Notes under the pieces: model-generated | Database searches by the model: none | What the model saw: only the letters and a program-made list of their open reading frames with translations | Told to the model about the DNA's origin: nothing | Shown: positions 37,403 to 47,290 of the stretch, one piece after another | How the letters are laid out: every line of letters begins with the position of its first letter | Position numbering within the stretch: the first letter of the stretch is position 1 | Assembly: GCA_002784945.1 (NCBI GenBank) | Contig: PFMD01000002.1 | Location: 10,477-74,476 of the forward strand | Reading direction: 5' to 3' | Source of the DNA: Candidatus Kerfeldbacteria bacterium CG_4_10_14_0_8_um_filter_42_10 | GTDB lineage: Bacteria; Patescibacteriota; Patescibacteriia; UM-FILTER-42-10 | DNA: 64,000 bases | Position numbers and translations under genes: made by a program

Positions 37403-39211
37403 ATGCTCACATTACTTAAAAAATTAAACGAGATACTACTGCCCGGTGATAAAGGTAAGTTGATTATGCTTTTTTTTCTCATGTTCGTGGCGGCAATTCT
37501 CGAAGTGGTAGGAATTGGGATGATTTTGACCTTCATTTCAATTGTTTCTGACCCAAGTAAGCTTTTGAATATTCCGTGGCTGGCTTCAATATTAACCAAC
37601 ATCGGCATAGATAATTCTCGAGATATGTTAATTTATGGATCAATTCTCCTAATCGCTATTTTTATTTTTAAGAATGTTTACTTGATTATTTTTTATTCCA
37701 TTCAGTCACATTTCATTTACAATCGATTCAGTTCTATTGCTACTCGTCTTTTTGAAAGATACATGAACACTCCGTATGTATTCCACTTAAAGAATAATAC
37801 TGCCCGACTGATTCGAAATATAACGGTCGAAACGACGCTGCTAGGGCATAATGTTATGTTGCCTATTTTAGCGATTATAATGGACACCATAATGATAATC
37901 AGTATTGTCATCTTTTTACTAGTTGTTGAACCTTTAAATACAATGATTGTGTTAATCATAATTGGAGGAGCAAGCGGAATGTTTCTTAGACTGATAAGAG
38001 CTCGAATACATTCTTACGGAGCTCAATCGCAAGAGGAACGAGCCGTCATGATTCAGGGAGTGAACGAAGGTTTGGGAGGAATTAAGGAAATAATGGTACA
38101 AAACCGGCAGCCCTGGTTTGTTAAGTGGTTTCAATCATCGGTTCAGAATTTCTCCAAAGCGGAAACATATAAAGAAATATTTCGACTTAGCTCTAAACCG
38201 GTTATTGAAACTGTGGCCGTAACCGGTATGCTATTAATCGCTCTTGTTCTTATCTGGCAAGGGAGAGGAGTTGAGTCCATTATCCCAGTTCTCACTCTCT
38301 TTGGCGTAGCCACATTTAAACTTATGCCCTCGCTCGATAAGGTGATTGGCAACTATAATCTTTTGAGATATTACGGATACGCCCTTGGACCAATCCATGA
38401 CGACCTAATAAATTTGAGTCCACAGAATCAAAACTCTCAACAAAATTCTATTGTTGATAAGCAAAAAATTGGTCTTCATGATAGAATAGAGCTCGAAGAA
38501 ATTAGTTATTCTTATCCCGAAAGCTCTAAAATGGTATTGCATGATTTATCATTAACAATAAAAAGGGGGGCTGCCGTGGGATTTGTTGGGGCATCGGGAT
38601 CGGGAAAAACGACCATTGTGGATTTAATTCTTGGCCTATTGGAATGCGATAAAGGCACGGTAAAAGTGGATGGACAAGATATAAAGAATAATCTTCCCGG
38701 CTGGCAAAAAAATATCGGCTATATCCCCCAGTTCATTTTTCTCTCTGACAATACTATTCGCAATAATATTGCGTTTGGATTGGATAAAGATGAAATTAAT
38801 GAAGAAAAAGTATGGAGCGCAGCCAAAATGGCTCAGCTTGAGGAGTTTATTGAATCATTACCAGACGGGCTAGACACAATGGTGGGTGAACGAGGCATGC
38901 GGCTGAGCGGCGGCCAGCGTCAGAGGATTGGCATAGCCCGCGCTTTATATCATAATCCCGAGGTTTTAATCATGGATGAAGCCACGTCATCATTGGATAA
39001 CAGAACGGAAAGATACGTTATTGAATCGATTGAACGATTAAAGAAGGATCGAACTATAATAATCGTTGCTCATAGATTGACCACGGTAAAAAACTGCGAT
39101 ACGCTTTTTATTATAAAAAATGGCCGGGTGGTTGATACGGGAAATTATCAAGAACTTTTGAAAAAAAGCAATGAGTTTAATTTCTTAGTCCACTCTCCTA
39201 AGGAAAATTAA
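37403..39211 (+). CDS. ABC exporter, fused permease-ATPase (MsbA/type-I exporter-like), probable glycan/lipid-linked sugar export
   Basis: 602 aa; 6 TM plus NBD with Walker A GASGSGKTT, signature LSGGQRQRIGIARAL, Walker B IMDEATSSLD. Confidence 0.85.
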   Translation: MLTLLKKLNEILLPGDKGKLIMLFFLMFVAAILEVVGIGMILTFISIVSDPSKLLNIPWLASILTNIGIDNSRDMLIYGSILLIAIFIFKNVYLIIFYSIQSHFIYNRFSSIATRLFERYMNTPYVFHLKNNTARLIRNITVETTLLGHNVMLPILAIIMDTIMIISIVIFLLVVEPLNTMIVLIIIGGASGMFLRLIRARIHSYGAQSQEERAVMIQGVNEGLGGIKEIMVQNRQPWFVKWFQSSVQNFSKAETYKEIFRLSSKPVIETVAVTGMLLIALVLIWQGRGVESIIPVLTLFGVATFKLMPSLDKVIGNYNLLRYYGYALGPIHDDLINLSPQNQNSQQNSIVDKQKIGLHDRIELEEISYSYPESSKMVLHDLSLTIKRGAAVGFVGASGSGKTTIVDLILGLLECDKGTVKVDGQDIKNNLPGWQKNIGYIPQFIFLSDNTIRNNIAFGLDKDEINEEKVWSAAKMAQLEEFIESLPDGLDTMVGERGMRLSGGQRQRIGIARALYHNPEVLIMDEATSSLDNRTERYVIESIERLKKDRTIIIVAHRLTTVKNCDTLFIIKNGRVVDTGNYQELLKKSNEFNFLVHSPKEN

Positions 39212-39257
39212 TTAGTTTATAAGTTAAAAAGAACTATTCCAATTTAATATTCTTAAT

Positions 39258-40382
39258 ATGGAAAGTAAAAAAAGAAAGAAACCTATTTATGTTACCAGAC
39301 CGGCTATGCCGCCTTTGGAAGAGTTTACCGAATATCTTAAAAAAATTTGGGAAAATAGAACAATTACGAATAACGGCCCTTTTCATCAACAGTTTGAAAA
39401 AGAATTGGCGGAATACTTAGGAGTTAAGTACATTTCTCTTTTTGCTAATGGAACACTGGCGCTTATGACGGCGCTCCAAACTTTGCGCATTACCGGTGAA
39501 GTTATTACCACGCCCTTTAGTTTTGTCGCCACCACCCATGCTTTGTGGTGGAACAATATAAAACCGGTCTTTGCTGACATCGAGCCGGATTATTTTGGCC
39601 TTGATCCGGAAAAGGTGGAATCAGCAATTACCGCTCAAACCACTGCCATTCTTCCGGTACATATTTATGGCTATCCTTGCCAGGTTGATCGCCTGCAAGA
39701 AATAGCCGATACTCACAATCTAAAGCTGATCTATGATGCCGCTCATGCCTTTGGCGTGAAAATTAAGGAAAATTCCATTTTAAACTATGGCGATCTATCT
39801 GTGCTTAGCTTTCACGCTACTAAAGCGTTTAATACTATTGAAGGTGGCGCCATTGTTTGTCATGATAAAAAAATCAAAAATCGCATCGATTTCTTAAAAA
39901 ATTTTGGATTTGTCGATGAAACAATAATAATTGAACCGGGCATTAATGCCAAAATGAACGAGGTGCAGGCGGCCTACGGATTATTACAGCTAAAATATAT
40001 CGATGAATATATCACTAAACGCAAGGCGGTGGCCGAAATTTATCGGGAGAAATTATATGGCATCAAGGGTATTCATTATCTTAATGACCTTGATGGCGTA
40101 CACCATAACTATCCCTACTTCCCTATTTTAATTGATGCGCGAGAGTACGGTAAAACAAGGGATTATGTCTATGAGGAATTAAAAAAGCATAATATTTTTA
40201 GCAGGCGATATTTTTATCCTTTGATCAGCCAACTGCCAATGTATAAGAAGTTGCTTTCTGCTGCGACCAAAAACCTGCCGATCGCTGAAAGAGTGGCAAA
40301 AGAAGTACTGTGCTTACCTCTGTATCATGATTTATCAAAAAAGGAGGTCACGGAAATATGTGGCCATATCCAAAAGCACTAA
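39258..40382 (+). CDS. DegT/DnrJ/EryC1/StrS-family PLP-dependent sugar aminotransferase (WecE-like)
   Basis: 374 aa; NNGPFHQQFEKELAEYLG start, PLP lysine in SFHATKAF. Confidence 0.85.
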   Translation: MESKKRKKPIYVTRPAMPPLEEFTEYLKKIWENRTITNNGPFHQQFEKELAEYLGVKYISLFANGTLALMTALQTLRITGEVITTPFSFVATTHALWWNNIKPVFADIEPDYFGLDPEKVESAITAQTTAILPVHIYGYPCQVDRLQEIADTHNLKLIYDAAHAFGVKIKENSILNYGDLSVLSFHATKAFNTIEGGAIVCHDKKIKNRIDFLKNFGFVDETIIIEPGINAKMNEVQAAYGLLQLKYIDEYITKRKAVAEIYREKLYGIKGIHYLNDLDGVHHNYPYFPILIDAREYGKTRDYVYEELKKHNIFSRRYFYPLISQLPMYKKLLSAATKNLPIAERVAKEVLCLPLYHDLSKKEVTEICGHIQKH

Positions 40383-40415
40383 AGTAAGAAATTACCCAAA
40401 ATACCACTATCGAAT

Positions 40416-41213
40416 ATGAGATATATAAAAAAGGCGTTTCGCCTTCTAATAAAAACAGCTGAACGTTTTTTTTACCGAGGGGGCAATAAAAGAAAATGTT
40501 ATGTGTGCCAGAGAACGTTCCGACGCTTTACCAAGTACCGGGGAGGATTTACCAAGACATCCAGGCTTGTGAAAATGCTAGTAATGGTTGGGAGCGGCCG
40601 GAGAAGAGATTTTGGCTGCGTTTATTGCACATCCTACGATCGGGAAAGGCATCTTTTTATGTACTTCGACAAATTGGCGGTATGGAATAAAATGAAAAAT
40701 GCCAGAATACTCCACTTTGCTCCGGAAAGGAATTTAGCGGTTAAAATTAGTGAGCAAAAGCCGCTGGAATATGTCAAAGCGGATTTTAATCCCAGGCAAG
40801 AAAGTATAAAAAAAGTTAATATTACCCAAATCCCCTATAATGATGAGACTTTTGATTTTGTAATTTGTAATCACGTTCTAGAACATGTCCCGGATTATTT
40901 AAAGGCTTTGCGAGAGATCCATCGTGTATTAAGAAAAAATGGTACGGCAATTTTACAATCTCCTTATTCTAAATTAATTGATTACCATTTTGAAATAAAA
41001 AACATTACCACGAATGCCCAAAGAGCTTACTTGTATGGGCAAGAGGATCACGTTCGGATATTCAGTGAAAAACATTATTTTAACGATTTACAAAAAATTG
41101 GATTTATTCTACGAGTATTTAAAAATGATCAATTTTTTAGTGCTGAAGAATCGTACTATTATGGAATTAATGAGAAAGAAGATTTGGTAATGGTCAGTAA
41201 GCCCGCAAACTGA
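40416..41213 (+). CDS. class I SAM-dependent methyltransferase with N-terminal Cys4 zinc-ribbon
   Basis: 265 aa; CYVCQ…CVYC then a Methyltransf_11-like core (FDFVICNHVLEHV). Confidence 0.55.
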   Translation: MRYIKKAFRLLIKTAERFFYRGGNKRKCYVCQRTFRRFTKYRGGFTKTSRLVKMLVMVGSGRRRDFGCVYCTSYDRERHLFMYFDKLAVWNKMKNARILHFAPERNLAVKISEQKPLEYVKADFNPRQESIKKVNITQIPYNDETFDFVICNHVLEHVPDYLKALREIHRVLRKNGTAILQSPYSKLIDYHFEIKNITTNAQRAYLYGQEDHVRIFSEKHYFNDLQKIGFILRVFKNDQFFSAEESYYYGINEKEDLVMVSKPAN

Positions 41214-41284
41214 AATATATTTAGGTACTTCTCTCGATAATCACGCAAGTTAATACAAAAGCCAATAATATAATAGAATACGCC

Positions 41285-41989
41285 ATGAAGCTTGGAATTA
41301 TGCAGCCTTATTTTTTTCCCTATATCGGGTATTTTCAATTAATGAATGCCACCGATGAATTTGTGCTTTATGACAATATTGAATATACAAAAAAGGGCTG
41401 GATTAATAGAAATAGGATTTTAGTCAACGGAAAAGATGCGTATATTACCCTCCCCCTAAAAAAGGATTCCGATTATCTGGAGGTAAAGGATAGACATTTA
41501 GCTGATACCTGGCCTTCGGAAAGAAAAAAAATGTTGAATAGGATAACGGGATCCTACCAGAAATCGCCATATTTTAATTCCATTTATCCGATAATTGAAA
41601 AAGTCATTATATTCGAAGAGACCAATCTGTTTAAATTCATTCTAAATTCATTAAATCAAGTAAAAGAATACTTGGAAATTAGAACGCCTTTGGTAATATC
41701 ATCTACTATCCCGATCGAGCATGAATTGAAGGCGGAAAAAAAAGTTATCGCGTTATGTAAAAGCAGAAAGGCTGATACTTATATTAATCCGATTGGCGGA
41801 TTAGAGCTTTATGACAAGGAAAATTTTAAAGAGGTTGGCATAGATTTACATTTCATTAAAACAAATGATTTTAAATATAAACAATTTGGTAATGACTTTG
41901 TCCCTTTTTTATCAATAATTGATGTTATGATGTTTAATTCAAAGGAGGAAATAAAAGATTATTTAAATAAGCAATATTCCCTAATATAA
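41285..41989 (+). CDS. WbqC-family protein (O-antigen cluster-associated, function unknown)
   Basis: 234 aa; MKLGIMQPYFFPYIGYFQLMN…VLYDNIEY…KGWINRNRI is the characteristic WbqC N-terminus. Confidence 0.65.
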   Translation: MKLGIMQPYFFPYIGYFQLMNATDEFVLYDNIEYTKKGWINRNRILVNGKDAYITLPLKKDSDYLEVKDRHLADTWPSERKKMLNRITGSYQKSPYFNSIYPIIEKVIIFEETNLFKFILNSLNQVKEYLEIRTPLVISSTIPIEHELKAEKKVIALCKSRKADTYINPIGGLELYDKENFKEVGIDLHFIKTNDFKYKQFGNDFVPFLSIIDVMMFNSKEEIKDYLNKQYSLI

Positions 41990-42015
41990 GGAGAAGCTTA
42001 AGGAAAATAGATAAA

Positions 42016-42978
42016 ATGTTCAAATGGAAAAAGCTTGGAAGAATTTTTAACCCTCTGGAAATAAGGGATATTGAGTGGATGAAGGAATTTGCTCAAGCGC
42101 CCTCTGTTTTAATATTTGATAAATTTATCAGAGTTTATTTTTCCTGCCGACCGCTACCGGATGAAAATGGACAATATGTAAGCTACGCTGGGTATGTAGA
42201 TTTAAATAGATCGAATTTGTCTGAAATTGTAAACATATCTAAAAACCCAGTTCTAAAATTAGGAGAGCCGGGTACGTTCGACGAATTCGGTACATATCCC
42301 ACTTCGGTAATAAAAAATGGCAACGACATACTTGCTTATTACGGCGGTTGGACCAGGTGTGAATCAGTTCCTTTTAATGTCGCGATTGGCCTTGCCGTAA
42401 GCCAGGACAATGGAACGACTTTTAATAAAGTTGGTCCTGGCCCGATTCTATCTTATAGTCCAGAAGAACCATTTGTTTTAAGCGGACCAAAAATCAGAAA
42501 ATTTAATGATCTTTGGTATCTGTATTATATCTCCGGCAGAAAATGGATTATGGCGGATGGCCGGGCAGAGCCTGTTTATAAAATCCGAATGGCTACTTCA
42601 TCCGACGGAAAAAATTGGATAAAAATTAATAAGGATTTAATTGATAGCAAGGTGGAAGAAGATGAGGCTCAGGCCAGCCCGGATGTTTTCTTTTACCAAG
42701 AAAGGTATCATATGTTTTTTTGTTATCGCTACAGCACATCCTTTAGAAGCAAAGAAAAAGGTTACCGCATTGGCTACGCTTATTCTAAGGATCTGATAAA
42801 TTGGATTAGAGATGATACCAAGGTGGGTATGGATGTTTCAGAGGAAGGCTGGGATTCTGAAATGCTCGCCTACCCCCATGTTTTTGAAATTGATAACAGT
42901 ATTTATATGCTTTATCTTGGAAACCAGGTTGGTCGACATGGATTTGGATTAGCTAAACTTGAAAGTTATAAACCTTAG
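42016..42978 (+). CDS. hypothetical protein, tandem paralog A (possible beta-propeller glycoside hydrolase/phosphorylase-like)
   Basis: 320 aa; shares long colinear blocks with the next ORF (W-KKLGRIF…FAQ-P…FDDF-R-YFS…YHMFFCYR…GYRIGYA-S-DL-NWIRDD…AYPHVF…IYMLY-GN…G-GLA-L). No family recognised with confidence. Confidence 0.3.
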   Translation: MFKWKKLGRIFNPLEIRDIEWMKEFAQAPSVLIFDKFIRVYFSCRPLPDENGQYVSYAGYVDLNRSNLSEIVNISKNPVLKLGEPGTFDEFGTYPTSVIKNGNDILAYYGGWTRCESVPFNVAIGLAVSQDNGTTFNKVGPGPILSYSPEEPFVLSGPKIRKFNDLWYLYYISGRKWIMADGRAEPVYKIRMATSSDGKNWIKINKDLIDSKVEEDEAQASPDVFFYQERYHMFFCYRYSTSFRSKEKGYRIGYAYSKDLINWIRDDTKVGMDVSEEGWDSEMLAYPHVFEIDNSIYMLYLGNQVGRHGFGLAKLESYKP

Positions 42979-42984
42979 AATTTT

Positions 42985-43938
42985 ATGAACTGGAAAAAAT
43001 TAGGAAGAATATTTGATCCAACGAAATACAAATTAGTGAATAATTGCATGGAATTCGCTCAATCCCCCCAGGCATTGGTTTTTGATGACTTTGTTAGAAT
43101 TTATTTTTCCACCAGGCAAAAAGATAAAAACGGAAAATACTTAAGCCATATTTCGTTTATTGATATTGACAAAAATTTTGAAAATATAATCAATGTCTCT
43201 TCTAAAACCGTTATTGAATTAGGCGATTTAGGTTGTTTCGATGAACATGGAATTTTTCCATTAAATATCGTAAGAGACAAAGACAAAGTATTAGGATACA
43301 TTGGCGGATGGAGCAGAAGAGTATCAGTATCAGTGGAAACTTCAATCGGCTTAGCTATTAGTAGTGATAATGGTTTGACTTTTAAAAGAATCGGAGCGGG
43401 CCCGGTCTTGTCTTCTTCTTTGTATGAACCTTTTCTGGTAGGAGATCCTTTCGTCGCTATTTACGGCAACATCTACCATATGTGGTATATTTACGGTACA
43501 AAATGGATAATTTCTAAAACGAATTCCACTCCAGAACGCGTTTATAAAATCGGACATGCAACGTCTAAAGACGGCGTTGCTTGGCAAAAAGACGGTCGGC
43601 GGATAATCAGCAACAAACTAAACCCTGATGAGTGCCAAGCCCTTCCAACTGTTATAAAGTTTGATAACAGATATCACATGTTTTTTTGTTATCGTCAAGC
43701 AACTGATTTTAGAAAAAACAGGGATCGGGGTTATCGAATCGGGTATGCTTTTTCAGAGGATTTAAATAATTGGATCAGAGATGATGATAATGCCGGAATT
43801 GACGTATCAACAAACGATTGGGATTCAGACATGCTTTGCTATCCTCATGTTTTTCATTGTGACAGTAAAATCTATATGTTATATAATGGCAATGAATTCG
43901 GGCGCTACGGATTCGGCCTGGCTGTTCTGAAAAGCTAA
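42985..43938 (+). CDS. hypothetical protein, tandem paralog B of the preceding gene
   Basis: 317 aa; about 40-45% identical by eye to 42016-42978. Confidence 0.3.
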   Translation: MNWKKLGRIFDPTKYKLVNNCMEFAQSPQALVFDDFVRIYFSTRQKDKNGKYLSHISFIDIDKNFENIINVSSKTVIELGDLGCFDEHGIFPLNIVRDKDKVLGYIGGWSRRVSVSVETSIGLAISSDNGLTFKRIGAGPVLSSSLYEPFLVGDPFVAIYGNIYHMWYIYGTKWIISKTNSTPERVYKIGHATSKDGVAWQKDGRRIISNKLNPDECQALPTVIKFDNRYHMFFCYRQATDFRKNRDRGYRIGYAFSEDLNNWIRDDDNAGIDVSTNDWDSDMLCYPHVFHCDSKIYMLYNGNEFGRYGFGLAVLKS

Positions 43939-43967
43939 GCAAGCCATTAGATTATTCATTTTTTAAT

Positions 43968-44711
43968 ATGAGCACAAAACGAGACTACAACAAAGAGATA
44001 AAAGACACAAAAAATCATAAATATTCTTACAAATTTGACTTTGACGTGATGCACCCATACATGCTGAAGTCTTTTATTCCTTTTTTTGTCAAAGGCAATC
44101 TGCTGGAGCTTGGCAGCTTTAAAGGAGATTTTACCCAAAGGCTCCTCCCCTACTTCACGGACATCACCGCAGTTGAAGCATCAGATGAAGCGATCGTGGA
44201 GGCAAGAAAACGCTTGGGTGATAAAGTAAAATTCATCAACGCGCTATTTGAAACTGTCGAATTACCCACAAAATACGATAATATTGTTCTGACGCACGTG
44301 CTTGAGCATATCGATGACCGAATAGGATTATTAAAAAAAATTAACGATGAATGGTTATCGGACCAGGGCAGATTCTTTTTGGTTTGCCCAAACGCTAATG
44401 CCCCTTCACGACAGATCGCGGTAAAAATGGGTCTAATTAGTCATACTACCGCCATAACAGCGGATGAAGCAAAGCATGGGCATAAAATTACCTATACCTT
44501 AGACAAGTTGGGACAAGATGCTAAAACTGCAGGATTAAAGGTTGTCCATCGCTCGGGAATTTTCTTCAAGGCCTTAGCTAATTTTCAATGGGACAGATTA
44601 TTAGCTAACGACATTATTTCTAAGGAATACTTGGATGGCTGCTATCAATTAGGAAAACAATATCCTGATTTATGCTCAAGCATATTTCTGGTGTGCGAAA
44701 AAGGAAAGTAG
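43968..44711 (+). CDS. class I SAM-dependent methyltransferase
   Basis: 247 aa; motif I LELGSFKGDFT, motif II/III (IVLTHVLEHIDD). Confidence 0.55.
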   Translation: MSTKRDYNKEIKDTKNHKYSYKFDFDVMHPYMLKSFIPFFVKGNLLELGSFKGDFTQRLLPYFTDITAVEASDEAIVEARKRLGDKVKFINALFETVELPTKYDNIVLTHVLEHIDDRIGLLKKINDEWLSDQGRFFLVCPNANAPSRQIAVKMGLISHTTAITADEAKHGHKITYTLDKLGQDAKTAGLKVVHRSGIFFKALANFQWDRLLANDIISKEYLDGCYQLGKQYPDLCSSIFLVCEKGK

Positions 44712-44782
44712 AGAATATTTTTAGCCTTGGCTTTTTGACTTGGTGCTCAAAATTTATGTAAAGATTTTTTTACAACATTAAT

Positions 44783-45235
44783 ATGGACATCTCAAATTTA
44801 GAATACAAATCAAAAACTGCTACTGAAGCAGAAATATATACCCATCTAAAAGAATGTGACGATAATTTTATTCCACCATTATCTGAAAAAGTTGATGTTC
44901 AGGAATATTCAAAAAAATTATATGGTAAATCCGTAACATTTGAAGCATGGTCTAAAAACATTCTAGCAGGATTAGTAGCAGCCTACTTTAATGATCCTAA
45001 AAACCAAACAGGATATATTACTAACGTAAGCCTTATTAAGGACTACTCCGGCAGAGGTATTGCCTCGAGGCTAATCGAAGATTGTATCCAGTATGCCAAA
45101 CAAAACAAATTCAGAGAGATTAGATTAGAGGTAAACAAAGACAACGGTCCGGCAATTCATCTGTACAAAAAATATGGCTTTATTGAATACGAAAAAAATG
45201 ATAATTCCCTATTTATGATGTTTAAAGTAAGTTAA
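44783..45235 (+). CDS. GNAT-family N-acetyltransferase (candidate sugar 4-amino N-acetyltransferase, WecD-like role)
   Basis: 150 aa; GNAT motif A RGIASRLIEDCIQYAK…LEVNKDNGPAIHLYKKYGF. Confidence 0.7.
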   Translation: MDISNLEYKSKTATEAEIYTHLKECDDNFIPPLSEKVDVQEYSKKLYGKSVTFEAWSKNILAGLVAAYFNDPKNQTGYITNVSLIKDYSGRGIASRLIEDCIQYAKQNKFREIRLEVNKDNGPAIHLYKKYGFIEYEKNDNSLFMMFKVS

Positions 45236-45374
45236 TTAAAGCAGTAAAACATTCTAGTAAGTTATTGCTTGTATTAATATAACTATTAACCTTATATCCA
45301 AAGTTTAAAAATCACTTGAAGCGGAGAACTTCATTTTATGCGGAGTAAGTTATTGTGATGATTCGAATTCAAAT

Positions 45375-46517
45375 ATGAAAAATAATAAAGTAGTTACGGT
45401 AACTCATATACATTCTAACCTAAATTTTATTTATGGAACAAGTTTTTTTGACGGACCTTTATTTAATAACAAGATTATATTTATTGGTGACAAAAATTCG
45501 TATGACGGCATATATAAAGACAAGGCTTTGTTTTTTAAATGCGGAAGGAGTAGCGTAAGGAAAATTATAAAATTGTGTTCCAGTTCTGATTTAGTGGTTT
45601 TTTACAATTTAGATACTATAAAATCCGTAATTGCCAATAGATTACCACAGCATATTAAGCTTGCCTGGCGTTTTTTTGGTTACGAGCTATATGACAGACG
45701 AATCGAATACTATCAGAGTGATTTGACAAAAAAATATTGCGAACTTGATTTGCTTGAAAAAACAAGAAGGATAATTGAAAAACAGGCAAAGGGAATAAAG
45801 CATTTAATGATCTGGCATTCGCTATATAAAATGGAGTTTTTTCGAGCAATGAAAAAAATTGATTTTATCATAGGTCTGAGTAAACTTGAACATGAACAAT
45901 TAAAATCATTTTGGAGTGAATTACCAAATTTTGTTCAATCTCCGTTCGATTTGCTAGAAAATGCTCCCCCGATTGATATTTCGAAAAAAGAGGATTTAAT
46001 ATTACTTGGAAACAGCATGAGTCCTTATAATAATCATTTTGATATAGTGGGAATAATTGAGCAGCAATTTCCAATGACTGATTACAAATTTATTTTACCA
46101 TTCAGTTATGCCGGTAAAAATAAGTATTCCAAAATACTGAGAAATCGGATTTCTAATAATCCAAAATTTGTTTTAATTGAAAATTTTGTCAGTTTTAATG
46201 AATACGCATTGCTTTTTAGTAAGGTAAGGGCTGCTGTTTATAATTGCTATAGGCAAATGGGTATGGGGAACATACTCCTTGCTTTAAATAGTGGCGTCAA
46301 GGTATACCTAAATAAAAGAAATGTCATGTTGCAATCGTTGATGGACTATGGATTTCTTGTTTTCTCGATTGATGAATTCAAAAATGATTTTAAACAAAAT
46401 GAATTACAGCTATCATATGCAGAAGCTATTCACAATCGGGGCGTCTACGAACAAATATTAAATAATTACAACAAAAATGAATTCCAAAAAATTATTTACG
46501 ATCATACCGTTAATTAA
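45375..46517 (+). CDS. GT56-like (WecF-like) 4-acetamido-4,6-dideoxyhexosyl transferase candidate
   Basis: 380 aa. Recalled E. coli WecF blocks line up: WHIWGADLYE against [23 protein letters not shown] against [39 protein letters not shown] against [26 protein letters not shown]. Comparison is from memory, not a search. Confidence 0.45.
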   Translation: [380 protein letters not shown]

Positions 46518-46534
46518 TATAATACCTATTTATT

Positions 46535-47218
46535 ATGAGTAAGATTATAAAAAAAATATTATTCCGGGCTTCCTGTATAAACCCAATCTACTTTTTGAAA
46601 AAAATATTGCAACGACATTGGGAAAAATATGACAAAAAAATTCCCAAATATGAACTAAGTGAAAAGAATCTTGTCAATCTAAAAGCCTTATTGAATAGAG
46701 AACAATTGCTTCGCCTGCTTCCTAAAAACGGGATTGTAGCTGAAATTGGAGTAGACAAAGGTGAATTTTCTGAAAAAATACTAAATATTACCATGCCCCA
46801 AAAGTTATATTTAATTGACAACTGGGGAAGCAAAAGATACCATCAACAATTACGTAAAATGGTAGAAAACAAATTTAAAGAGGAAATAAAAAAAGGGAGA
46901 GTGGAAATTAAAGTTGGATTATCAACAGAAATGTTTAATAATTTTGAGGACAATTATTTTGATTGGATTTATATTGACACATCACATTCTTACCAAACAA
47001 CAAAAATCGAATTGGAAAAATATAGTCGAAAGGTTAAACCCGGTGGAATGATAACAGGACACGATTTTATTATGGGAAATTGGAATCAAATGATAAGGTA
47101 TGGAGTAATTGATGCGGTATATGAATTTTGCGTGAATAATAATTGGGAACTGGTTTATCTAACGATGGATAATAAAGAATCTCCTAGTTTCGGAATTAGA
47201 AGAGTTTCGGTTAATTAA
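46535..47218 (+). CDS. class I SAM-dependent O-methyltransferase (Methyltransf_24 / TylF-NovP-like)
   Basis: 227 aa; GVDKGEFS (motif I-like) and IDTSHSY, resembling the DGDHSY metal-binding motif of TylF-type sugar O-methyltransferases. Confidence 0.5.
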   Translation: MSKIIKKILFRASCINPIYFLKKILQRHWEKYDKKIPKYELSEKNLVNLKALLNREQLLRLLPKNGIVAEIGVDKGEFSEKILNITMPQKLYLIDNWGSKRYHQQLRKMVENKFKEEIKKGRVEIKVGLSTEMFNNFEDNYFDWIYIDTSHSYQTTKIELEKYSRKVKPGGMITGHDFIMGNWNQMIRYGVIDAVYEFCVNNNWELVYLTMDNKESPSFGIRRVSVN

Positions 47219-47290
47219 CATAAAAGGCTTAACACAATCTATTATGAATATTTTGTTTTAAAATTTAGCATTAATAATTTTAAGTAAATA

